NCBI RefSeq assembly: GCF_001194135.2
Contig: NC_068991.1
Span: 41,829,592-41,893,591, forward strand
From: Octopus bimaculoides
Lineage: Eukaryota
Reading direction: 5' to 3'
DNA length: 64,000 nucleotides
Shown: in pieces, positions 23,649 through 37,480 of the stretch
Position numbering within the stretch: position 1 is the stretch's first letter
Layout of the letters: each line of letters begins with the position of its first letter
Translations under genes and position numbers: made by a program
The notes under the pieces: model-generated
Told to the model about the DNA's origin: nothing
Seen by the model: only the letters and a program-made list of their open reading frames with translations
Databases searched by the model: none

Positions 23649-25569
23649 CCGACACTCCTTTCGCTCTCACTCTTCAGATTACTTATTAAACTCCTCAGTT
23701 CGTTCTTTTTTCTATCTCGAGCTCTGTTCATTCTAAATTTCTTTTCTAACACTAAACCATAACAATATAAATTAAACATTAATCGCTCGAACTTTGTTAC
23801 TTCAGAATGAACGTAATGGACCTCTGTTCATTTCGCTAACTTGTAATGCTGTCCTCTGAATTCTCCTCGGCGGATGGGAAACTTGAAATAAGACTTGTAT
23901 TTCGTCTCAGAGATAACAATCTCTCAACCACCTGAGATCAATTTTAGCCTTCAGATAAAAAGAAAATTATTGATTTGTAGAAAAAATACGCACAAATCAG
24001 CAAATGCTTTGCTTACCGATTTCTATATCGGAGCAAGCATTTCCGACTCGGCTTAGAACATTCGGGATTTTCGTCACTGGGAAGATCAAGTCAGGTTTAG
24101 ACACCATGTCTGGCAATCCATTGGCTTGTTGAGCGATGCCTGTATTTTAACACATAAGTTTCTCTGAGACATAATATTACAGCTAATGCCATACCACGAT
24201 TGTATACGCATTATGTTATGCACAAAGGCACTTTAATCAGAGGCTGTTTAGGGTGTATATATTAAAGTAAGACATAGTCTTAAGAGCATCTATGTAATTT
24301 TTAGTTTCAGTTTCTTCATATAGTCTGTCTCTTCGTATCAGCGAAATTTTAAGTAGAAACTCATTCATAGTCTGCGCTAAGATTAGGAGAAAAGTTATAG
24401 AATGAATCGTTTTTTCAACTAAAAACAAAAACAAAAAAAACTATTACACTAAACTTGAGCAATATTTCACATTTTGTTTTCAAACATCCTGTTCATACTA
24501 CTCTTAACGATCCAACGTTTTACATCATAGTCATACATATGTACGTACGTACATACATACATACATACATACATACATACATACATACATGCATACATAC
24601 ATACATACATACATACATACATACAAGGTACAATTATGCGAGGACTTTAATGATGTAACATCTGATGTTTGTTTGGTTAGGAATTTTAGCATGTTTAACA
24701 AAGAAGTCTGAGTTTCTCAGTGTGACTTTTAGTTTATAAGACATTGTGTAAACATATGTCTCTATCCTAAACAGACTTTCAATTCAGCTACATTAACTGT
24801 ATATCTAAATAACGTATCGTAAAATGACTATTTTCTTTACAATTGTACCAAGTTTCAGATTTATGAGGAGGAGGAGAAATGCGAAATGATGTTTCCTTTG
24901 TGTTTGTATCAAGCACTTGAGACACAAATGAAGTGAAATTGCAACCACTGGGAATCGAAAACAGAATGTGGATCCGGATCTTCCGTCTTTCAAGCGATCA
25001 CTGTTCAAGGACAGGCTAGGTTGTCTTTTAATAAAGTCAGAATACTCTATATCAGTCGAGTGAGGTTGTGTTTAAAAACTTGGAAGTAACGCACTGAACT
25101 TCACTCAAAGCATAGAATTGTCTTTGTTCGAGAATATTATAATGAACATAGTTTTGGTTTCATCTAAATTACAACCATATATCACCACTCACATCTTTTT
25201 AAAATCGTTAAGAAACTCTAATTCGTTAGGAGAAATATATTCTCTCACTGCTAAAAGATAATGCAGGTACTTTTGTATTTATACAAGAAACGTCGGGTAC
25301 ATAATTCTAGAAATATACCTTTAACTTAGGTATAAAGAAGCAAACCTTAGTAGCGGGGAGAGTACAGCCGATAACATCGATCTCAGTACTTGAACTCAAA
25401 ACATAATGGGCTGTAACTAAGTAATCGCAAGGTATCTTGTCTGACGCTCTAACGATTTTACCAATCCAGTGACCGACTCCGCTGACAGTATAAAATATTG
25501 TGTTCAGCATAAAATATTGTGTTCAACTCATGGTTCTCTTGATCATTTCTACAACTGCTTTAATGATTT

Positions 25570-25780
25570 CTTGTTGATGTATAAGGCCAGCAATTTTGAA
25601 AGGATGGGGTTAGACGATTACATCGAACCTAATACTTGACTGGTACTTTGTTTTATCGACCTCGGTCAGATGAAAGGCAAACTTGACCCCGGCGGGATTT
25701 GAACTTAGCACGTAAAGAGCTGGAACAATACTGGAGAGCATTTTCTCCGACACTTTCGTGATTCTGCCAGTCCGCTGCTT
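25570..25780 (-). mobile_element. SINE family A
   Basis: GATGAAAGGCAAACTTGACCCCGGCGGGATTTGAAC and GATTCTGCCAG. Confidence 0.8.
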
Positions 25781-25888
25781 CTTTTTTTTTTAAATAACGA
25801 TCATAATAATAGTATTACTGGAAAGAACTAATAAGACTGAAATATGCCTATAGTTGTCACCACATTGTCAAGGTCATAAATCACTTGC

Positions 25889-26086
25889 CAATGCGTGCTA
25901 GAGCAGAATAATAGCTTACCCACCCGACTATTATCATTTCACGATAAATATTGGTCCAAAACACTAATTAGGAATTCTGGCTACCGCAAAATTATGTGGG
26001 GAAAAAGACAAATTATCTTTCTGGAGTGGGATGCTAGTCTACCGCAGATAACTTTGCTCAGAAAACTCGAACTTATTCAGAAAAAT
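25889..26086 (+). repeat. Left arm of an approximately 200-bp inverted repeat (partner 27857-28053)
   Basis: Manual reverse-complement comparison shows long identical runs, e.g. CACCCGACTATTATCATTTCACGATAAATATTGGTCCAAA. Confidence 0.9.
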
Positions 26087-27856
26087 TTCTCTTATCTATT
26101 TGAAAAATGAAACTAAATATGATCTATCGACTCATATTCTTTTTCCGTCATCGCATATTTGACTTTTCTTTGTGGTTTTTAATATTCCAAGAATTAAACA
26201 TTCCATTACCATCTTAACTAATTAATAAATTTATATTTAACTGATCCCCTTGTTAGCATTCAATTTTAAATGAATTTTAATCAATAAAAGTTTCGGAGTT
26301 GCCTTTCTTGACAACTGATTGATCATTTATGGTAATGATTCATTCTCCTCAACACGGGTGTATAATTTTTTAATTAAGTAAACTTTTTGGGCTCATTAGA
26401 TATGTTAGCACAGACCTTATCTATAGATTTTCACGCAGAGCGTGTCTGCAAGTAGTTTTTGTTTCTAAGTCTTTATCATTTTATAAAGTATGAAGCCATA
26501 CCACCCCTCTTTTCTACGGCAAATAAATGATTTCCACCTCGTGAACTGTTTGTTGATTTATCCCCTATTTTTCGTTTCAAAGGGGTACACAGATGTACTT
26601 TGATACTGAAGTACATTCAGTCAACCAAAACCGTGGAAAGCTTTTGACTCCCTTGTTAAAAAAATTGCTTCATTTTTATTTATATCTGCAATACCCTTGA
26701 GAAAATTACATGAATGTCATACCTTGCAGTGCCTCCTCCCATTCAAAAAATAAACCTTAGGTTTCGTGAATGACGATGATGATTATGATGATGGTGATGA
26801 TGATGACGACGACGATGATGATGATAATGATGATCACAACTATGATCAGATTATCAAAATATATTTAACGTACTAATAGATGTATTTTCATAACATTAAG
26901 AAAGTTCATATANNNNNNNNNNGTGTGTGTGTGTGTGTGAATATATGTGTGTGGGTTTGTGTATGTGTGTGTGAATGTGCGTGTGTGTGTGTTTGTGTGT
27001 GTTCTTATGTAAACATACCTGAGTGAAATGTTTGTTTAGCGCGATCTGCCGTATGGCTCAGATTATTATACCGACAACATCTACATTTACACAGAGAAAC
27101 CATTTTATAGTGTACTCCTAACCTGTACCATTTCTCGTTTTGGTTTTGATGGAATTATATCCGATTACCACCTACAGTTTACTTCCCCAGTAATACATAG
27201 CTAGCTTCTCTTCTAACTATTGTAAATAATTCATGTAAAAACAAAAAACAATATATATATATATATATATTAATATATTATAGCAACGACTATGAGTATG
27301 TGCTTATGCATTTTCAATCCTTGACGAATGTTGTCTGAATAATTGAATACGAATAATGAGTTTGTCAGATGAGTTCAGTCGTTATCTGTGTTACAAAGGG
27401 GAGAATAATATCCTATAGCTATAAATCATGTATATTCAGATTGCATCTAGATTTTAGTGATATGTTAACAAGGTATTTTCACAGAATATTAAATTAAACA
27501 TGTTGATTGATTGATAACTTGATTTTGTTTAAATGACGTACTCATTTATTGTAAACGAAAGGCAGGTCATGCGTTCTTTTCCCGTTGTTTTCTGTTTTTC
27601 GAACAGTTCAATATAAAAGAATATGTGCCGACAGATTCCACAAATCACTTGAGCGTAAATCTAGATATCATAAAGGCATCAGAATCTGAAACAAGGAGAT
27701 CAGTTAAATATAAACTTATTAATTAGTTAAGATGGTAATGGAATATTTAATTCCTGGAACATTAAAACCACAAAGAAAGGTCAAAAATGCGAAGACGGAA
27801 AAAGAATATGAGTCGATAGACCATATTTAGTTTCATTTTAGTTTCATTTTTCAAAG

Positions 27857-28053
27857 TTTTTCTGAACAAGTTCGAGTTTTCTGGGCAAAGTTATCTGCGG
27901 TAGACTAGCATCCCACTCCAGAAAGCTGATTTATCTTTTTCCCCACATAATTTTGCGGTAGCCAGAATTCCTAATTAGGGCTTTGGACCAATATTTATCG
28001 TGAAATGATAATAGTCGGGTGGATAAGCTATTGTACTACTCTAGCACGCATTG
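27857..28053 (-). repeat. Right arm of the approximately 200-bp inverted repeat
   Basis: Reverse complement of 25889-26086 with scattered substitutions. Confidence 0.9.
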
Positions 28054-29226
28054 CAAATTTACGTCTATATTATGTCTACCTCTGTGAATACAGAGTCTAA
28101 GTTAATATCTATATAATGTCTACCTATGTGATCCTCATTTACTCAGTGGAAGAAAAGCAGAACCCATCACATATTGTAGGAGGATGGGTGGAAATTACAT
28201 CAAGACTGGAGATTTAGCTCGAATGCTTATAACAAAGTGTACTTCACTGAAAGCACCCACAGATCAGGTTGTTCATTTAAACTGAGTGATAGATTACGTC
28301 TCTATAGGGCATTAGGTTATTTAATTGGGCAGTGAAGTATGATTATATAGAGATTTGTTCATTATTTTATTCTCATCTACTTTAAGCAGCAGAAAGTAGA
28401 GTTCAGTTTGTGATTTTTCTAAAGCATTTATTACTTAGAAGAGGTAAAAAGTCATCTTCAGTCACAAACCGTGAATAATATGACCGAAAGGAACAAGACA
28501 GTACAGAATAGATTAATGTGACTCGTGTTAAATTTCTCAAGTCACAGTTTGATTGTGAAGAGAAATACATGAAGTCAACATGAGAGGGATGCTAATACCA
28601 GATAGAAAGATTGTACAGACCCTTGTTGTTGAGTATTTAAACATTTGAATGGTATTCCATTCCCAGCAATTGTAACTCTTATTTTAGAAACATCCGAATT
28701 GTTTCTAGGGAAATATTTCTGTAACCATTATTACATCAAATTAATATTTCTTTGTAAAATGAGTTAGACACAGGTCATTGTACGCTTTACTCCTTATATT
28801 CCATTAGATTTTTATAGATGTATCATCGAAAATCTGTTGGAAATTTAGCAAGATCTAATTAGATTAATTGCAATAGGTATATAATACTAAAAATGTCAGA
28901 TGAATTTCAGTTCAATCTTGAACATTATAAAGTAATAAGATATCTTAAGGTAATACTCTGAAGGTTGGGTGGTTGAGATTGTCGACATTTCTCACTTAAA
29001 TAATCCTATCCTTGCTCTACAGTTCAAGAAATGGAATCGAAACACGTTATCGTCAGAGATGTAACGCACAGTAAAGAATACTAAGAACTGGAATAATTGA
29101 AACGGTTCCAATATTTTAAGGCTTTAGGTGGATGTTAATTTATGTCTCACAGCTGCACCCTATTCTATTGTTATTTTCATAAGAGTTTATACTTTGGGGA
29201 TAGGAACCTTGCCAACATATTGCAAA

Positions 29227-29234
29227 TGATGATA

Positions 29235-29319
<85 letters not shown>

Positions 29320-29387
29320 TGATGATGATGATGATGATGATGAAGATGATGATGGTGGTGATGATGCCGACATATGAGATAATGTTT
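29227..29387. repeat. (GAT)n/(GAC)n microsatellite
   Basis: Direct reading. Confidence 0.95.
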
Positions 29388-32226
29388 ACTTCAAGGGATC
29401 TAGACCTATATTTTCCAATGGGTGCTTACTTGTTTAAGGGGCCAGGGTTTGGGTTAAGAAAGACTTCGCTATTATATCAAGCAGACCAAGGAAACCTATA
29501 GAGACTTTCTCGTTGGTTAGAAACATGTCAGTGTTATTCGATGGCGCAAAATACGTTCAATTTCAACACGCAGCATCTAACTGTACTTTAATGCTCACAG
29601 TTGTAGGCGCAATATAGCTGAATAGTCAGGAAGTTTGCTTCGAAACCTGAATTTGATCCCACTGCATACTATCTTTGGCAAATGTCATTTTCTATTGTCT
29701 CGAATTGACATATATCTTGCGAGTGAAACTCAATTACTGGAAACAGTATAGAGACCCAAATGGTGATTGTGCCTGTAATTCAAAAGAATTATATTAAGGG
29801 GACATGTGTCTGTGGAATACTCAGCCACTTGCATGTTAATTTCAGAGTAGGTGATTCAGTTCACCGAAAAACTGAATCTCGTCGAATGACAGAGATCTAG
29901 CAGCAGCAGCAGCAGCAGCACCACCACCACCACCACCACCACCACCACCACCATCACCACCACCACCACTTACAACTATAGCTGTTATAAAGCAATGTAT
30001 TGGATGCGTTGCTACACATGGTTATAACATTTTCACCTCGTTATGTCACAACATTGAAATTCCTAGGCAATCTAGTTATGATTTACTTTATATCGAAAAC
30101 ATTCTGGTAAAACATACAGGTGAACCGATTGATTTCCTCCGCACTTCCTGTTTCCTGTATTTTCCTTCTGTAAATGTTTCTTTGTATATTAATGTAGGTG
30201 GTTTATTGCTACATTTCCTCTCATATCGGAATGTATTTCAGATTTATAAACTAAAATGAGTTTCAGCTGGCCAATTGAGGGCCAACCCATCAACAGATGC
30301 TGTATATTTAAATATTTTTGGCTCAGTTTGAAAAGCTGTAAATAACGATACCATATAAAAGTACAGCTTATTTCTGTAAGCAGAGGGAAAACTATGTAAT
30401 TGAGAGGTGCTCTCTTAGCTTCCGATTCTGATTTTAAATCCTCTCAGAAGCCATACTGGATGGAAAATTTTACTATCACAAAACTTAAACATCAGTCTAT
30501 ATACACATAATGCGTCAAAAAAAATTTGGAACGGTAGCAGCTGTAATATTTTGTCTCAGAGAAACTTCTCAATGAAGCACCTGGCTTCGCTCAGAACACC
30601 AAGGGATCAGCAGATACTGTGTTTCTACCTGATTTACTCTCCTCAGCGACGAAAACTCTGAGCTAAACCAAAAAATTCTTGTTCTGTTATAGAAATCGAT
30701 ATGCAAAAACATTTATTGATTTGTGCGAAAGCTGACCAGGTGAGAATTAAATTAATATGCACTCCTGAAACATTCTTATAATAAAATATTGGTGTGTGTA
30801 GACACGGTGGTTTGATTTGAAAACTACAAGAATTGTTCACCATAGATACACAACATGACTACCATTTTTGTGATACACTAACAATTCATTTAGTTTTGAG
30901 ACTCGTCATCACCACCATTTAGCTCAGCTCTCAAAATACTTAACCTAGAAACATCCCAAAGACATCAGGAACTCTGAATGACGATTCAATGTGCGCTGCA
31001 TTCCTCGAATTCAATTTGCTTTTTATTGATTTTCATAGGTTCTTGAGCTAAAATCTTCAGTTTTAGGTTTTTGTTTACATTCCTGTTTGTACCTGTTTTA
31101 CTTCACATACATTACTTAAGCCCTTTGATTGTGGCAACAAAAACAATGTAGAATCTCCCTTCTATCGTTTTTTTTTTTTGTATCTAACATCGTAAAGGGA
31201 ATTTATTTTTGTTCCATTGAAGCCACACCTAATAAAAATGCTTGCCAATGCCATTTGAAGTTTACAGCACTTCTCGATTACTTACTTGCATTCTTGATAA
31301 GAAACACGCCATTCTTCTTCTTTCACCAGAATCATATCTTTGTTTTGTACCTTCTCAAAACGAATTCGACTCTTGTCAGTCTTTTCTTACTACTTACTCT
31401 TTTTGTTTTGTATTTTTTTCAGCATGAAATACAAATGAATGGAAAAGAACTGAAAAACCAACAAACAAAATAAATTACTTACTTAGATTACATGACCCAC
31501 CCATCTTGGAATTATGAAATGTAGATTACCATATGATAGTAGTTCTAGAGAATGCTCTCGCTTATTAATACATGTCTGAGCAGAAATTGCCTTAACATAG
31601 CTCTTGACATCCAGCTAAATGATTCATGTTTCTGTAAATTGCCGAGCAAGCACCGTAAAGTATGCGACTCAGTTTCGATTCCTCGGTATGTAACAGTTGT
31701 AGTTACGCAACTGGAGATCATATCCGAAGTGCATACCTGGAAAGATATGAATGTCATGACATTTCATTATTCTGTTACACACGCGAGCGCGTATTATATT
31801 TGAAAAAGGATTTCTTAAATTAGCAGTAATTAACTATATTAAAAAAATCTTTAATAACAGATTAACACAGCCACGATGGAAGGAAACTGCTTTGTTTTTA
31901 TATACATAAATAATTGTTAATTTAAGAAAACCTTAGTACATTAACAGTCCACATAGTGGTCTCCTTTATATATACATATACAATAATCCTTTGAGATCTC
32001 AGATATTTTTTTCTGAATCTCCTTGATTCTTTTAATGTGCTTTTTCCCTGGTATTAAATTGATATTAATTAATATCCAATTTTTTACCCTACTGTTTTAA
32101 TTTATATATATATATATATATATATATNNNNNNNNNNNNNNNNNNNNNNNNNNNNNNNNNNNNNNNNNNNNNNNNNNNNNNNNNNNNNNNNNNNNNNNNN
32201 NNNNNNNNNNNNNNNNNNNNNNNNNN

Positions 32227-32268
<42 letters not shown>

Positions 32269-34399
32269 TGCAATTTCGGTGGCTAGTATTGAAGAGTAGA
32301 ATTATGCCTCACCAGAGCCGAAAATCCAATTTCTGTTCTTAAGTGATGAAATTTAAATCTTACTTCATTTTTGTATTTGGTGTGCAAAATTATTGACATG
32401 AATTCGTGTGTTGAAACAAATCTTGTTGTGGCTAGGGAGGGTCATTTTGCAAAAAATAATAACATCTGCATTGGTTCTATGCCACTTCTCTATTGTTGGT
32501 CAATTTGTTAAATATCTTGATTGTTTAACCAACGCATTAAACAAACGATCGATTAGTTAGTTGGTTAGATATTTAACTAATTGACTAACAATAGAGAAGA
32601 GATATTGAATCAGTACGTGTATTATTATTGGCGTAATGACCTCCCAAGACAACAACCAATGATCATAAATGGTACTCGTTTATAAATGTGAGCGTCTTAT
32701 ACTAATGTAAAGAAATAAGTATTGATTCCTTTCTTTTAGCACACTGTAAGAATGTTTTCTCATAGTGTTATACTTGATCACAGTTACTTATTTCATTGAC
32801 TCTGGAAAAATATGAAGGACAAAAATCAATTTGAAAGGTTGTGAATTCAGAATATGAATAGACTTTTATAGCCTATCATTTGTCGCCTTATGTTACAAAT
32901 ATAAATATTACTATAAATAAGTGGCAAATACGAAATGGCAACGGTAAACTTCTGGAAAACTTAATCTACGACCTAGTTCCTATTCCTTATTGAAGCAATC
33001 TTACATTATCTCTTGAGTTAGGAACATTTTCTCCTCAAATCTGTTAATATATGCGTGTAATCTCTATGGTAATAAGTGGAAACTCGCAACGGAGCGAGCG
33101 GACAGCAAGAGAAATCTTCAGCGGATGAATTCCCATTGAGTTCCCATGAAGCAAGTGTTAGTGTTTCGGCTCGTTAGTTCCTGACACTTTAAGGGAGCCA
33201 AGCCCACCTAGGTCATGATTCCTAGATGTTGCTGTTTCTGAAATACTACCTTAGTGGGAATTAAACTCAGAACCTTATTTCTTTGAAGTCTGGTGTATAT
33301 CGCTCGGCCACGACAAGAACTCGTACTGTAGATCTATTTCATCCCTTTTTTTTTTTTGCTTTTTGTTTCACTAAATTTTATTTGATATTTCGTTGGTGGT
33401 TTATAACAGAAATACATGGTTGAACTGAATGAGGTTTACAATTATGAACAAATGACTAAGATATCAAGAAACAAAAGTCCCACAATATATATTTTGGCAC
33501 GTGATCCTTTACATTTGTTGTTACTTCATTTTTATTCTGTTTAGAATTTTAGCGCGACTCACAGTGAAGTATTATTCTTGGATATGAGCATGTGCTGCTA
33601 TTGCTGCAACACACACTCAAACATCCTCGATCACGTCAAGAAAAAGGTCACATGACTGAATGGTAGAAAGNNNNNNNNNNNNNNNNNNNNNNNNNNNNNN
33701 NNNNNNNNNNNNNNNNNNNNNNNNNNNNNNNNNNNNNNNNNNNNNNNNNNNNNNNNNNNNNNNNNNNNNNNNNNNNNNNNNNNNNNNNNNNNNNNNNNNN
33801 NNNNNNNNNNNNNNNNNNNNNNNNNNNNNNNNNNNNNNNNNNNNNNNNNNNNNNNNNNNNNNNNNNNNNNNNNNNNNNNNNNNNNNNNNNNNNNNNNNNN
33901 NNNNNNNNNNNNNNNNNNNNNNNNNNNNNNNNNNNNNNNNNNNNNNNNNNNNNNNNNNNNNNNNNNNNNNNNNNNNNNNNNNNNNNNNNNNNNNNNNNNN
34001 NNNNAGAGAGAGGGCAAGAGCCTATTAATAAAAAAAAAACATCCACTTGTATATTTGCCAATAAGGTGGATATATTCAATCGAAATGTACAATACTATAT
34101 ATCCATTATGGTCGATCTTATCAATCGGTTCTGTACTGGCGGTTCAACGATATGTTAGATAACAGGCCGATTATGTAACCCTGCCCTCTTCAGAGTTGTC
34201 AGTTGTGGAAGAAAATGTGCTGACGGCTCTCTTTCGTCGGAGGTGAAAAAACACATCCGGGTTGTGGTTGCTATAAAAAAAAAAGATGAAACAAACTGAG
34301 CAAGTCAAGAATTATGTTCGTTGGCACTAACGGCCTCTGGGGTGTTGCAAGGTTACTAAAGTTTTCTGGAAATGTATGAACGGTTTAGGAGTTGTTATT

Positions 34400-35100
34400 C
34401 GTTTAGGGTTGGAGTGCGTGTAGTGGTATGTAGCGCTTTTGGCGGGAATGAGGTTGCTGGGAGGATGCTCAAAGGACGCATAAGTGCCTGTGTTCGTTTG
34501 TGCGTGTTTTGTTTATGTTTTGGTTAAATTCTTTGGAGTATTTTTGTATGTACGGAATGTGTGTAGGGCTATTGTATGTATGGAGGTGTATATTGAGAGA
34601 AACGGGGGTGGTGTTGGACGGATGTCTACGCATGTTAGGGCACGTATGTATCTGTGATCTCGTTTGTATGTGTTTTGGTTAAATTCTTTGTCGGGTTCCC
34701 AGGTTTTGGTGGTGGAAAAGTCGATGGAGAACTGGTGGTTATATTTGCGATGGGGCACGGATGTATAATAAAATACACTTCCCTTCATGTGGGCAAAGAC
34801 TAAAAATTTCACTTCTGTAGCATAGATAGATATCTGGGTGCTGAGAGTTCTTCAATATGGTTCTTTTCTCGGCTAAGCATAATCTGCATTTCCTACTGCT
34901 ACTAAAATAAGCTTTGCAGTTGTCTAACACTTTCTATTTTATGTTGCGTTCCGTAGCGATCTCTTTCACGATCAGCCATAATGGATGTATAAAACTATAC
35001 ACTTTGATTAATATATATATTACTTTGTTGCTGAATTTGGATGTTAATTTAAACGTCAAACCATTACTCTATCCACAACACATTGCAATATTTCCCTAAT
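34400..35100 (-). mobile_element. Penelope-like element remnant (GIY-YIG endonuclease C-terminus and downstream sequence)
   Basis: VLDNCKAYFSSSRKCRLCLAEKRTILK...RSEIFSLCPHEGK matches the C-terminal C..C..EK...R.E....C.H motif of Penelope ORFs. Confidence 0.75.
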
Positions 35101-35669
35101 GTCTATTTTTTTCTTTTTATTCTCTCACAGGAGTTTTAATCCGTCTGTTTGGCTCTGTGTGAAGGTAAGAACCAAACCATTGCTATAGTTAAATTGGCTG
35201 TTATTTTTAGGATTCTTAGGATTAAGATTTTAAAGATCAGTAGTGATGATACGGATGACGCCTTTATTGCTTTTACTGTTAAAGTTTCTGTTACTACTGT
35301 AGTCATCGTTGTTATTTAAATCACTATTTTTTTCCCTGCAATTGTTGCTGGTGTTATTTTTGCTGTTGTTATTGTTGTTATTAACCCACTCAAATTACTT
35401 TCTCTTGTAAAAGATAAAGCTGCTGTAACATTTGACCTTCTTGTGTGTTTCTAATACTTTCCAATAAAATTCCTGACGTCTGTGACGAGAAAAAGATGGT
35501 GGGAGATTTTGATATTAAAGCAAAAATAAAGAAAATATGATTTCGATTAGTGGTGGTACCATAATCATGTGCTGTAGATTAGGGTTAGAAATGTTAATCT
35601 GCTGTGTTGAAAAGAGATACGTTTATCGTGGACAAAGTTTACTAACACACGCGCACGCACACACACACA

Positions 35670-35705
<36 letters not shown>

Positions 35706-35707
35706 CA

Positions 35708-35741
<34 letters not shown>

Positions 35742-35877
35742 ATGGCAAAGATGGTTGATATGAAGAGAGATAACGTAAGTGTTCGTAGTGTAAAACGTTA
35801 CATCACAGACCGAAACTTGATCAGAGTCAGAGAGGGAACCTTTCAAATGAACATATTTTTTTTTAATGTTATCTGTA

Positions 35878-36015
35878 AGGTTAAGAAGTTCGCTTCGCAG
35901 TCACGTGTTTTGGGTTTCGATCCCACCATGCAGCTCTTTGAGGAAGTGTGTTGCCCTTTAGCCTCGAGTTGGCCAGTCTCTTATAAGTGGAATTCGGCAG
36001 ATGGAAACTATGCAG
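35878..36015 (+). mobile_element. Diverged SINE family B head
   Basis: Similar to 62010-62165 and to the reverse complement of 43648-44063. Confidence 0.6.
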
Positions 36016-36081
36016 GAAAAGATATTTACATAGAGTATTATTTTAAGGAGAATTCATGTAAAGTCTTTTCCATTATATGTA

Positions 36082-36121
<40 letters not shown>

Positions 36122-37114
36122 TCTGTGTGGTGTGTGTGTCTGTATGTGAGAGAAAGAGATGGGTGGGAGGAGAATACGGGTGTGTTTCTGTTTATGTTTA
36201 CAGTGAATTGAAAAATCAGTGATCTTTGTATTCCTTTATGGCAGGAAATTTAGTAGTTTGACAAATAGATGCGGAAAAGATTGGTAGCATACTGAAATAG
36301 GTACTGGGATCGATATAATCGACTAAATCTTTGAGGAAATACCCCAGTTTCGCCGTAGTCCAATAACTCAAAGCAACGAAAGAATAAAAGAATAAATCTG
36401 GGCTCAGTTATTAATCAACATTAAACGACAGCAATAGTAATCGTAACAACAGTAGGAACATATTGGTTTATTTTAGTATGGCACACAGGCTTCATCCGTG
36501 AGCTATACGGGTTTTGGACAGAAAAACTCGAAAAAATCTTTGAATGTCTTACGACACCATAATCTCTTTCAACAGCGCACAAACCCAATAGCTATAGTTA
36601 TAAGGTAAGTTTTGTACAATCTCCACACAGGAGAATACACTATTTAAACCCTAACATTCATTCCTAATATCAGTCAAGTTAATATCATCGCAGTCGTCGT
36701 ATCACTCGACTAGACAATTGGATGTTGTTATACGCCGTTGATCACAATGTGCTTCCAATTCTTATTTGATTGCGCCCCTTCTTTTCCAATCGTTTAACTA
36801 AAATCTCTCTTCGTCGTCGTGATGGCCTTCGGCAACTGTACGGATCCAAATGGTCTCTGTGAACCAAGGACAAGTCTGGCTCAGTGGAAACTTGTCCTTT
36901 CGGTATTCTGCAATCACGTCGTTCACTCTGTTTACGGAGTGAACAATATAGTTAACGCAGTGTGTAGAAAATGTAATGTAACTAATTAATTAATCAATAT
37001 ATTTATTAATCAATAATACTCGGCCGGTGAAGAGAAGGAAGAATTAGCTTAATGTCTGATTTTATTTCAGTGTGATCTTGGCAAGTATGAACGACAATCC
37101 AGGAGCAAGATATT

Positions 37115-37278
37115 CTTTTCTACTGTAGGCACAAAACCCGAAAGTTTTGGGGAGGGATCCAGTCGATTAGATCGACTCCAGTACACAACTGGCACTTAAT
37201 TTATCGACTCCGAAAGGAGGAAAGGCAAAGTCGACTCGGCGGAATTTGAACTCAGAACGTAAAGACAGACGCCGCCTT
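37115..37278 (-). mobile_element. SINE family A with internal head deletion and 15-bp TSD
   Basis: CAGGAGCAAGATATT at 37100-37114 and 37279-37293 flanks the copy. Confidence 0.8.
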
Positions 37279-37400
37279 CAGGAGCAAGATATTAAGATCA
37301 CTTCTTTACATTGTACTGCACTAAATCACTACATTACACATGAAAAAATGCGGCTAAGCATTTTGTGCAGCTTGCCTTAATAATAGTAATAATAATAATG

Positions 37401-37477
<77 letters not shown>

Positions 37478-37480
37478 AAT

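Noticed and set aside
27019-27130. Cys-rich minus-strand frame MVSLCKCRCCRY... ending at a GTATGT donor
   Set aside because: Short, upstream in-frame stop, no partner exon identified; compatible with chance
36876-36892. CAGTGG loop suggestive of an iron-responsive element
   Set aside because: The 5-bp upper stem and bulged C required for an IRE cannot form
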